The notes below the pieces were generated by a model that was not told where the DNA came from, did no database searches, and saw nothing but the letters and a program-made list of their open reading frames with translations. The position numbers and the translations under genes are program-made. DNA of 13,299 nt, taken from the NCBI GenBank assembly GCA_043804695.1, contig JAZDIV010000007.1:1-13299 (forward strand), in the 5' to 3' direction. This DNA comes from PVC group bacterium. GTDB taxonomy: Bacteria > Auribacterota > Erginobacteria > Erginobacterales > Erginobacteraceae. Position 1 is the first letter of the stretch. Each line of letters begins with the position of its first letter. Below, piece after piece: positions 1 through 6,992 of the stretch.

Positions 1-19
1 ATTATTACTAATCACATTT

Positions 20-28
20 TGTTATAAT
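20..28 (+). promoter_or_regulatory. Possible extended -10 promoter element (TGnTATAAT) upstream of exbD
   Basis: TGTTATAAT at 20-28 matches the sigma70 extended -10 consensus exactly. The context is AT-rich, so a chance match is possible, and the -35 would fall at the window edge. Confidence 0.35.
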
Positions 29-104
29 AGTGGAAAGATGTCGACTGGGTTGAGGAATACCTTTTGCAGCGTTGCCGCCCGGGAATAATTATTGTGTAAG
101 CAAC

Positions 105-125
105 AGCCCCGACGAAGTCGGGGCT
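105..125. repeat. Perfect GC-rich hairpin AGCCCCGAC-GAA-GTCGGGGCT
   Basis: 9-bp perfect inverted repeat with no U-tract. The GAC-GAA-GTC apex also occurs at 3583-3591. Confidence 0.7.
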
Positions 126-128
126 ATC

Positions 129-157
129 TAAATTAGCGACCGAAGGGAGCTAATTTA
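129..157. repeat. Palindromic element family A (AAATTAGC...GCTAATTT), copy 1
   Basis: TAAATTAGC-gaccgaaggga-GCTAATTTA. Related copies at 10184-10208 and 11257-11285, which carry the CTTCGG core in the opposite orientation. Confidence 0.75.
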
Positions 158-159
158 TA

Positions 160-627
160 ATGAGACGGGACCGGAAAAGAAGCAAGATCGTCATCAACAT
201 CACCTCCCTGATTGACGTCATCTTTCTGCTCCTGATCTTTTTCCTGGTGACAACCACCTTCAGCGAGCAGCCGTCGCTGAAGATCGACCTCCCGCGGGCC
301 ACCACCTCGGGAACCGGGCACCAGGAGGAGCTGGTGCTGGCGGTCACCCGGGAGGGGAACTTCTACCTTGACCAGAAATCGGTCACCCGGGATGAACTGC
401 CCGGGCTGCTGGCGGATGCCGTCCGGAGTCGGAAAGAGCCGTCGCTGGTTCTGAAGGCGGACCGCCAGGTGTCATACGGCCTGATCGTGGAACTGATGGA
501 CATCTCGCGCCGCGTCGGCCTGGAGAAGATCGTGGCCCTGACCGAAGGCGAGGGAAACGTCCGGGGGGGACCCGGTATGGAGGATCTTTTGCGGCAGGAA
601 GAGAATGCCCCTGAGAATGCCGAATAG
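160..627 (+). CDS. exbD: ExbD/TolR family biopolymer transport protein
   Basis: N-terminal INITSLIDVIFLLLIFFLVTTTF TM segment with the conserved Asp, followed by IDLPRA, LKADRQVSYG and MD...GLEKIVAL, typical of ExbD/TolR. Confidence 0.93.
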   Translation: MRRDRKRSKIVINITSLIDVIFLLLIFFLVTTTFSEQPSLKIDLPRATTSGTGHQEELVLAVTREGNFYLDQKSVTRDELPGLLADAVRSRKEPSLVLKADRQVSYGLIVELMDISRRVGLEKIVALTEGEGNVRGGPGMEDLLRQEENAPENAE

Positions 628-666
628 ACTTTGTTTAGACACTTTTAACTTCCCCCGTCTATGTAC

Positions 667-757
667 ACCACGAAGATCACGAAGGGCACGAAGATTAGTA
701 GAAGAAAAAGACAGGATCATTATAAGCACTTTCGTGCTCTTCGTGTTCTTCTGTGGT
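667..757. repeat. Inverted repeat built from 9-nt tandem units (CACGAAGNN)x3 ... (NNCTTCGTG)x3
   Basis: ACCACGAAGATCACGAAGGGCACGAAG (667-693) pairs imperfectly with CTTTCGTGCTCTTCGTGTTCTTCTGTGGT (729-757) across a ~35-nt AT-rich spacer. Confidence 0.85.
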
Positions 758-805
758 TAATTAGTGCTTTATATAAATGATTGATTTGTTAGCTACGAGG
801 TGAGC

Positions 806-1687
806 ATGTACCGGATAACCAGGAAAGAACGGTTGACGCTGGAGGCGGTGCTCCTGGAGGTGGAAGCTCCCCGGGTCGCCCGGCGCCGCCGCGCCGGCCA
901 GTTCGTTATCCTCCGGGTGGACGAAACGGGGGAACGGTTTCCGCTCACCATCGTGGACTCCGACACCGAAGCCGGGACGATCACCCTGGTGGTTCAGGAA
1001 GTCGGGACCAGTACGAAAAAGCTGGGGCGGCTCGAGGCGGGCGACGGCATCCTCGACCTGATCGGTCCTCTCGGTCATCCGACCGAGGCTGAAAACTGGG
1101 GCCGGGTGGCCTGCCTGGCCGGCGGGATCGGCGTGGCGGAAGTCCTGCCCGTGGTGAAGGCGGTCCGGGCGGCCGGGAACTTCACTCAGGCCGTCATCGG
1201 GGCCCGTTCACAGAACCTGCTCATCCTGGAACGTGAGATGAGACAGGCCGCCTCCGAGATCTACATCACCACCGACGACGGGACCTACGGTCGCCACGGG
1301 CTGGTGACCGACATCTTGCTCGACCTGATCAATGACGGCGCCGTCCCCGACCGGGTATACGCGATCGGTCCCGTCCCGATGATGAAGGCGGTGGCGGACC
1401 TGACCCGCCCCCATGCCATCCCGACCATTGTCTCCCTCAACGCTTTGATGGTGGACGGGACCGGGATGTGCGGATGTTGCCGGGTGACGGTGGGAGGGGA
1501 GACGAAGTTCACCTGCGTGGACGGCCCGGACTTTGACGCGCACCGGGTTGATTTCAGGGAACTGGTTGCCCGGCAGAAGATCTACCTTCCCCAAGAGAAG
1601 GAATCCCTGGCAAGGTTTGAAAAGATGAACGTTCAACGAAGAGCACATCCCCCCGGGGTTTATCCCCGGGGAATGAAAGTTCAATAA
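806..1687 (+). CDS. nfnA: NADH-dependent reduced ferredoxin:NADP+ oxidoreductase small subunit (NfnA/SudB; sulfide/dihydroorotate dehydrogenase-like FAD/NAD-binding protein)
   Basis: GQFVILR..E.GERFPLTI, GPLGHP, GGIGVA, TDDGTYG, IGPVPMM and the 2Fe-2S motif MVDGTGMCGCCRV...CVDGPDFD. Adjacent to nfnB. ATG 806 is preferred over GTG 800 because GAGGTG (797-802) fits as the RBS. Confidence 0.92.
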   Translation: MYRITRKERLTLEAVLLEVEAPRVARRRRAGQFVILRVDETGERFPLTIVDSDTEAGTITLVVQEVGTSTKKLGRLEAGDGILDLIGPLGHPTEAENWGRVACLAGGIGVAEVLPVVKAVRAAGNFTQAVIGARSQNLLILEREMRQAASEIYITTDDGTYGRHGLVTDILLDLINDGAVPDRVYAIGPVPMMKAVADLTRPHAIPTIVSLNALMVDGTGMCGCCRVTVGGETKFTCVDGPDFDAHRVDFRELVARQKIYLPQEKESLARFEKMNVQRRAHPPGVYPRGMKVQ

Positions 1688-1878
1688 GCTAATCGAATGG
1701 GGGAAAAAACCAAAACGGCCCCTGCCGCTTTACGCGGCAGGGGAGAAAGTTCGGAGCTGCTATAATTTGATAGCTATGCACTGATTCACCTGTCGGATAA
1801 ACCGGCAGGGGTCTTGACAAGGAAGTGGTCGGAGGTTAGCTGATGAATTGATTCACCTGCCGCATAAAGCGGCAGGGA
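1646..1878. repeat. Array of four hairpins (8-bp stem, 5-nt loop) with ~68-nt periodicity
   Basis: CCCCGGGG-TTTAT-CCCCGGGG (1651-1671), CCTGCCGC-TTTAC-GCGGCAGG (1721-1741), CCTGTCGG-ATAAA-CCGGCAGG (1789-1809) and CCTGCCGC-ATAAA-GCGGCAGG (1856-1876). Confidence 0.85.
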
Positions 1879-1974
1879 TCTCAGGATGACAAAGTTTAAC
1901 CAGCAAAAAGTGACAACTTTTAATTAGGACGTGACAGGCCGGGCATCATCTTATTAAATGACGAAGTTGAGACC

Positions 1975-3354
1975 ATGAAAATTCCCCGACAGAAGATGGC
2001 GGAGCAGAAGCCGTCGGAGCGGATCCGGAATTTCGACGAGGTCCCCTGCGGCTTCACCCCCGAACAGGCTCAAACAGAAGCCGCCCGCTGCCTTCAGTGT
2101 AAAAATGCCCCCTGCCGGACGGGCTGCCCGGTGGAGATCGACATCCCCGCTTTCATCGCCTGCATCAGGGGGGGCGATTATGCCGGGGCGGCCCGGAAGC
2201 TGAAGGAGACCAACTCACTCCCCGCCATCTGTGGGCGTGTCTGCCCGCAGGAGGACCAGTGCGAAAAAGTCTGCGTGCTGGGCGCCAAAGGGGAACCGGT
2301 CGCGATCGGAACGCTGGAGCGGTTCGCCGCCGATTGGGAAATGAATCATGACGCAGCCCCTCCTCCGGCGGCATCGGTGCCGGAAGGAGCAAAGGTGGCG
2401 GTAGTCGGGGCGGGACCGGCTGGGCTGACGGCCGCCGCCGACCTGGCCCGGATGGGTTACCGGGTCACCATCTTCGAGGCGCTCCACCGGCCGGGCGGCG
2501 TGCTCACCTACGGTATCCCGGAATTTCGCCTCCCCAAGGCGATCGTAAGCCGGGAGGTGGAGAACGTCTGCCGGATGGGAGTCGATCTGCAGCTGGACCA
2601 GGTCGTGGGAAGCACGGTCACGGTCGATGATCTTTTCCGGGACGGGTTCCGGGCCGTCTTCGTCGGGACCGGGGCGGGGCTGCCCCGTTTCATGAATATC
2701 CCGGGAGAAAACCTGAACGGCGTCTACTCGGCCAATGAATACCTGACCCGCGTCAACCTGATGAAGGCGTACCTCTTTCCCGCCTATGACACACCCGTCA
2801 TCCGGGGGAAGAAGGTCTGTGTAATCGGGGGCGGGAACGTGGCGATGGATTCGGCCCGGACTGCGCTCCGGCTGGGGGCGGACAGGGTGACGATCGTCTA
2901 CCGGCGCACCCGGAAAGAAGCTCCCGCCCGAGCGGAGGAGATTCACCATGCCGAAGAGGAGGGGGTGATATTCAGGTTCCTGACACTTCCTCTCCGGTAC
3001 CGGGGCAATCAGGCGGGCTGGGTCAGCCGGATGGATTGTCAGGAGATGAAGCTGGGGGAGCCCGACGAGTCCGGCCGCCGCCGGCCGGTCCCGGTCGCGG
3101 GATCGGAGTTCGCTATCCGGTGCGACCTGGTAGTGGTCGCGATCGGAAACGATCCCAACCCGCTCCTTCCCCGGGCCACGCCCGGCCTGGCAGTGGGGGA
3201 AAAAGGGGCCGTGACGGTCGATCCCGAAACCGGCCGGACGTCGCTCCCCGGGATCTTTGCCGGAGGGGATATCGCCACCGGCGCGGCGACCGTGATCGAG
3301 GCGATGGGAGCGGGAAAGAAGGCGGCGAGGGGGATTGATGCGTACTTAAAATGA
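1975..3354 (+). CDS. nfnB: NfnB/SudA large subunit (GltD-like, often annotated NADPH-dependent glutamate synthase small-chain homolog)
   Basis: EAARCLQCKNAPCRTGCPV and CGRVCPQEDQCE 4Fe-4S motifs, GAGPAG FAD site, YGIPEFRLP, GGGNVAMD NADP site, YRR, FAGGDIATGAATVIEAMGAG. Confidence 0.93.
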   Translation: MKIPRQKMAEQKPSERIRNFDEVPCGFTPEQAQTEAARCLQCKNAPCRTGCPVEIDIPAFIACIRGGDYAGAARKLKETNSLPAICGRVCPQEDQCEKVCVLGAKGEPVAIGTLERFAADWEMNHDAAPPPAASVPEGAKVAVVGAGPAGLTAAADLARMGYRVTIFEALHRPGGVLTYGIPEFRLPKAIVSREVENVCRMGVDLQLDQVVGSTVTVDDLFRDGFRAVFVGTGAGLPRFMNIPGENLNGVYSANEYLTRVNLMKAYLFPAYDTPVIRGKKVCVIGGGNVAMDSARTALRLGADRVTIVYRRTRKEAPARAEEIHHAEEEGVIFRFLTLPLRYRGNQAGWVSRMDCQEMKLGEPDESGRRRPVPVAGSEFAIRCDLVVVAIGNDPNPLLPRATPGLAVGEKGAVTVDPETGRTSLPGIFAGGDIATGAATVIEAMGAGKKAARGIDAYLK

Positions 3355-3555
3355 GTTAGCCCTGCCTTTTACCCGTAGTTTTTTATGGACAATGTATTTG
3401 GCACCGTGCCTACTTGCGGTATGAATACATAAAACCAGATCAAGCGGAAATTGTCGCAGCCTACGGCCATTGAGTATTGCGGATATGAAACGAGCTGATG
3501 ATGCTCCTGTGTCAGTGCCACGCTCTGCCCCATGCGCTCCGCTCCCTACGCATTT

Positions 3556-3678
3556 TGTGGGAGAGGATTTTTAACCCGAGGTGACGAAGTCACTTTTCGG
3601 GTCCAACCTCGATTCGGCAAGACCTGACATCGGGCTTGAAAAACTTGTCCTGAGCGAAGTCGAAGGAGCTCTCCCACA
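3556..3678. repeat. REP-doublet-like element family B (TGTGGGAGAG...CTCTCCCACA) carrying two internal insertions
   Basis: Terminal 10-bp inverted repeats. Collinear with 10093-10156 once ~3575-3604 and ~3644-3667 are removed. Confidence 0.8.
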
Positions 3679-3702
3679 GGCTGTCAAAGCTGAAATAAGT
3701 AC

Positions 3703-3730
3703 TTGACAATTAATTTTAATTAATTGTAAA
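3703..3730. promoter_or_regulatory. Operator-like palindrome overlapping a TTGACA -35 hexamer
   Basis: ACAATTAATT-TT-AATTAATTGT (3706-3727) is a perfect inverted repeat, with TTGACA at 3703-3708. No strong -10 at ideal spacing. Confidence 0.45.
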
Positions 3731-3775
3731 TATTTTCTTGACCTGAAGAGTGATTTATGTAATTGTAAGAAACTA

Positions 3776-3838
3776 ATGAATACCGAGACCGAGAATACAA
3801 GAACGATACCCTCTTTTTTTCTCTCTCTCTCAGCGTAG
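3776..3838 (+). CDS. Possible 20-aa leader peptide MNTETENTRTIPSFFLSLSA
   Basis: Short ORF between the promoter-like region and an intrinsic terminator. No SD sequence, so it may be incidental. Confidence 0.25.
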   Translation: MNTETENTRTIPSFFLSLSA

Positions 3839-3867
3839 CAATAACTTGCGTCAATTCAAAATCTCTC

Positions 3868-3902
3868 ATCCCGAACAGATTATTTCTGTTCGGGATTTTT
3901 TT
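3868..3902 (+). terminator. Intrinsic terminator (possible attenuator) 5' of the MBL gene
   Basis: Perfect 12-bp stem ATCCCGAACAGA/TCTGTTCGGGAT, 5-nt loop, and a 7-T tract (3896-3902). Confidence 0.8.
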
Positions 3903-3945
3903 GTGCCCTGAAATTTCTCCAAGAAAAATTTCAGTTTAATTGCTG

Positions 3946-4833
3946 ATGAGAATACGTTTTCCAGTCGGCATCACTATCATCGTTCTTATCTTGATTGCTT
4001 TTTTCTCTTCCGTCCAGGGAGTCAGAGGAGAGAAGACGGATGAGCTTGAAGTGGTATTTCTCGATGTCGGGCAGGGAGACGCGATCTTGATCACCACCCC
4101 GGGCGGGAAGAGAATTTTAATCGATGGGGGGATCGGGGAGGGGGCCTTCGGAAGCGAAGACCAGGGGAAGAAAACGGTTTTGCCTTATGTGAGAAAGCGC
4201 GGGATCGAGCGGCTGGACACGGTGATCGTGACCCACCCCGACTTCGATCACATCGGGGGTCTGGTTTCCGTCGTGAACGCGAAGAACCTGGAGATCGGCG
4301 AACTGCTGGATGCCGGCGTTCCTCACCCCAGCGAGGGCTACCTGGAACTGCTGCAGGCGGTTCAAGACCGGCCGGAGATCGTCTACCGCCAGCCCCGGGC
4401 GGGGGATGTGCTGGACTGGGGAGAGGAAGTGAAGGCGGAAGTTTTGAGCCCCTCCTATCTCATGAAGGACAACAATGATTCCTCGATCGTGGTCAAGCTC
4501 AGCTACGGGGATGTCTCCTTCCTCTTCACCGGTGACGCCGCCGGCAGCGCCGAGCAGATCATGGCGAAGAAATATGGCGCCCGGCTGCGGAGCACGGTCC
4601 TGAAAGCCGGCCATCATGGATCCAAACATTCCAGCACGGAGGACTTCTTGAAGAAAGTACGCCCTGATGTGGCTGTTTTCAGCTGCGGGGCGGAGAACAC
4701 GTACGGCCATCCGAATGAAGAAACGGTTGAGAGGTTGAAAAAGATCGGGGCGACAATGTACCGGACCGACGAGCAGGGAACGATCATCATCACCACGGAT
4801 GGGGAAGATTATCGCGTTACAACCGAAAAATAA
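3946..4833 (+). CDS. ComEC/Rec2-type metallo-beta-lactamase fold hydrolase (putative exported nuclease), stand-alone with no Competence channel domain
   Basis: FLDVGQGDAILI, LIDGG, THPDFDHIGG (HxxxDH), NNDSSIV, LFTGDA, LKAGHHGS, YGHP, YRTDEQGTI. Hydrophobic N-terminal signal/anchor. Start is ATG 3946 or TTG 3940. Confidence 0.9.
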   Translation: MRIRFPVGITIIVLILIAFFSSVQGVRGEKTDELEVVFLDVGQGDAILITTPGGKRILIDGGIGEGAFGSEDQGKKTVLPYVRKRGIERLDTVIVTHPDFDHIGGLVSVVNAKNLEIGELLDAGVPHPSEGYLELLQAVQDRPEIVYRQPRAGDVLDWGEEVKAEVLSPSYLMKDNNDSSIVVKLSYGDVSFLFTGDAAGSAEQIMAKKYGARLRSTVLKAGHHGSKHSSTEDFLKKVRPDVAVFSCGAENTYGHPNEETVERLKKIGATMYRTDEQGTIIITTDGEDYRVTTEK

Positions 4834-4854
4834 TGGTTTGAAAGAGGAATGATC

Positions 4855-5025
4855 CACCCCCGGTGAGTTCTTGCCCCGAGGTAGCAAAGCTACTTTTCGG
4901 GGTATCTCACCGGAGTGTAAGTTCAATAAGCTAATCTCCGACAATAAACAAAATCGGCCCCTGCCACCTCGGTCCCCCCCGATACTGCATAGCAGCTTCG
5001 GGGCGCGGCAGGGGAGAAAGTTCAA
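4855..5025. repeat. Second copy of the double hairpin-AAGTTC element (cf. 1646-1752), with an extra hairpin in each loop
   Basis: AAGTTCAATAAGCTAATC is identical at 1677-1694 and 4919-4936. CGGCCCCTGCC and CGCGGCAGGGGAGAAAGTTC are shared (the latter at 1733-1752 and 5004-5023). Confidence 0.85.
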
Positions 5026-5076
5026 TTTATTTTTCCGCTGGAAAAATAATAATAGGGATATGTTTCGTCTCATTCT

Positions 5077-5178
5077 GTCATTGCGAGGAGTTCCGCACCA
5101 GAGCTCTGGTGCGGGACGACGAAGCAATCTCTTCGATCTATAACGGCATGAGATTGCTTCGCTAACGCTCGCAATGAC
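5077..5178. repeat. Palindromic element GTCATTGCGAG...GAAGCAATCTC...GAGATTGCTTC...CTCGCAATGAC with a nested 22-bp palindrome
   Basis: 11-bp terminal inverted repeats, an inner inverted pair at 5121-5131/5150-5160, and the perfect palindrome CCGCACCAGAGCTCTGGTGCGG at 5093-5114. Confidence 0.85.
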
Positions 5179-5250
5179 TGCAAGATCACTATTTAATCAA
5201 AGAGCAACACTGACTCAATGGGAGATAAGTGCATACCCCTAAAATAATAA

Positions 5251-6099
5251 ATGAAACCGACAGTGAAAAAGAAGATCGATGAAGCTATTGGGATCACGAT
5301 CATCGTGATCGTTGCGCTTTTCGTCGGCCGGTATTTCCTCTCCGGGGTGGAAGGCTATCGAAAAGTAGAAGCGAAGGTCTCCCGCGCGCTCCACATCCCC
5401 CAGGTGACGGAGAAGGTGGTCGAGGTCCTGAACCTGGGCGACGAGAGAGACACCGAGGAGTTTCAGCAAGAGCGTCAGGCTCGGCTGGAAAAGGAGAAAC
5501 GCCCCTCGTTTGACCTTGACGTTCCTCTCGGTACCTCCGCCGTCAAGCCGAGCTATGAGGTGGTTTCGCTGATAGACAAGGCGTATTACCCGGCGCTTCA
5601 TAAAGCGATCAAGAAAGCGAAGAAATCTATCTATGTTGCAATGTTCATAATTTCGATGGGTAATAGCGCTTCTGATCCGGTTAGAGTTCTGCTCAATGAA
5701 TTAATCGCGGCCAAAAAGAGAGGGGTGGACGTCAAGGTGATGGTTGAGAACCCACTCAGTTCCGACAGTTCGCTTTACGAGAAAAACCAGGAAGCATTGG
5801 CCTATTTAAGCAAGGGAGGTGTGGAAGGTTCATTCGATGAACGGAAGAAGGAACTGCACGACAAATTCATCCTGATTGATGAGGATATCCTTTTTGTGGG
5901 GAACCACAACTGGTCGAAACAGGCCCTGACCGTCAACCGGGAGGTCTCGGTGATGGTGAAGTCAACCCCGGCCAACCCTGAATTTTTAAAACATTTCGCC
6001 TATATCAAGCTAGCTCGCCCGGAGGAGACGAAGGAGGGGCGAGAGGGGCTGATCAAGGAACTGTATAAGGAGCTGTTGGGTAGGGATAAGGAGGGATGA
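5251..6099 (+). CDS. Membrane-anchored phospholipase D superfamily protein, single HKD, Nuc-like (PLD1)
   Basis: N-terminal TM (AIGITIIVIVALFVG), IKKAKKSIYVAMF, AKKRGVDVKV, one HxKxxxxD-x6-GxxN motif (HDKFILIDEDILFVGNHNWS), then NRE. Confidence 0.9.
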   Translation: MKPTVKKKIDEAIGITIIVIVALFVGRYFLSGVEGYRKVEAKVSRALHIPQVTEKVVEVLNLGDERDTEEFQQERQARLEKEKRPSFDLDVPLGTSAVKPSYEVVSLIDKAYYPALHKAIKKAKKSIYVAMFIISMGNSASDPVRVLLNELIAAKKRGVDVKVMVENPLSSDSSLYEKNQEALAYLSKGGVEGSFDERKKELHDKFILIDEDILFVGNHNWSKQALTVNREVSVMVKSTPANPEFLKHFAYIKLARPEETKEGREGLIKELYKELLGRDKEG

Positions 6100-6130
6100 G
6101 TAGGGAGGAGCAGGGATGAGCAGGGGTGAA
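6081..6130 (+). repeat. Degenerate 10-nt tandem repeat (NAGGGATGAG x5) spanning the PLD1 stop codon
   Basis: tagggataag/gagggatgag/tagggaggag/cagggatgag/caggggtgaa. Followed by degenerate heptamers ctcacca/cttactg/ttcaccg/cttacc at ~6143-6169. Confidence 0.7.
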
Positions 6131-6178
6131 ACGGCGAGACTGCTCACCACTTACTGTTCACCGCTTACCGGGAAAACA

Positions 6179-6919
6179 ATGAAACAAATCATATCTAACA
6201 TTACTCTGACGGCATTCATCTGTATGCTGTCCGCTCTTCCCGCTTCCGCCCCCGCCGACACCATCACACTGAAAGACGGCAGTACACTGGAAGGCCGGAT
6301 CGGCGCCCAGGATAGCGAGATCGTCCTCATCTCCGTCCCCGGCCGTGGCCTTCTGAAAGTTTCCCGGGATTCCATCACATCAATCGAAAAAGGGGAAGCC
6401 GCCGCGGCCAATGTCGATGGCCATGGGGAGACGGTGGATAATCTAAAATTCCTCAGTTGTGGCGATTATTACAAAGAACTCCAGATAGCCCTCAAGGACG
6501 CCAAAGAATCCATCCAGGTAATGATGTTCTTTATCAATTACCAGGGCCGGCCGGGTTATCCGGCCAACGAACTGGTCAATCTCCTGGTTGACGCCCGGAA
6601 GAGGGGGGTGAAGGTCGAGGTGCTGCTGGAGTCGTCCACGGAGAATAACATCACCGAGGCCAATCAAAGGGCGGCGGCCTACCTGGCTAAAAACGGGATA
6701 GATGTCCGGTTTTATCCGGTATTTCCGGTTATGCACGTGAAACTGGTGCTGATCGACGGGGATATCTCAATCGTCGGGAGCCACAACTGGACATTGGCTT
6801 CCACCAAGGCCAACGTGGAGAGTTCGGTCCTGATCAAGTCGGAAAAGGTGGCGCGGGAATACGAGAACTATTTCCAGAAGCATTACCGCCGGTTTAAGCC
6901 GTACCGGGAAGGAGGATAA
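6179..6919 (+). CDS. Secreted phospholipase D superfamily protein, single HKD, Nuc-like (PLD2), with a small N-terminal beta domain
   Basis: Signal peptide MKQIISNITLTAFICMLSALPASAPA, then the DTITLKDGSTLEGRI domain, AKESIQVMMF, ARKRGVKVEV, MHVKLVLIDGDISIVGSHNWT and NVE. ATG 6179 is preferred over 6116, which translates repeat DNA. Confidence 0.9.
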   Translation: MKQIISNITLTAFICMLSALPASAPADTITLKDGSTLEGRIGAQDSEIVLISVPGRGLLKVSRDSITSIEKGEAAAANVDGHGETVDNLKFLSCGDYYKELQIALKDAKESIQVMMFFINYQGRPGYPANELVNLLVDARKRGVKVEVLLESSTENNITEANQRAAAYLAKNGIDVRFYPVFPVMHVKLVLIDGDISIVGSHNWTLASTKANVESSVLIKSEKVAREYENYFQKHYRRFKPYREGG

Positions 6920-6992
6920 TACAGATGGTTAAAACACCGAGAAATCGGCGAGTGGGCGATAAATCATAACACAACAACAAAAGGAGGATCCC

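Noticed and set aside
1651..1876. CRISPR array (CRISPR-like periodicity)
   Set aside because: Units are not identical direct repeats, orientation flips midway, and no cas genes are present.
3490..3512. Fluoride riboswitch (GCTGATGA motif)
   Set aside because: The upstream GATGG-containing stem and pseudoknot partner are not found.
3946..4833. Calling the MBL gene comEC
   Set aside because: It lacks the multi-TM Competence domain, so only the beta-lactamase-like domain is present.
4117..5127. 336-aa minus-strand ORF, and the 90-aa ORF at 4871-5143
   Set aside because: Antisense shadow of the MBL gene and translation of palindromic repeats, with no recognisable motifs.
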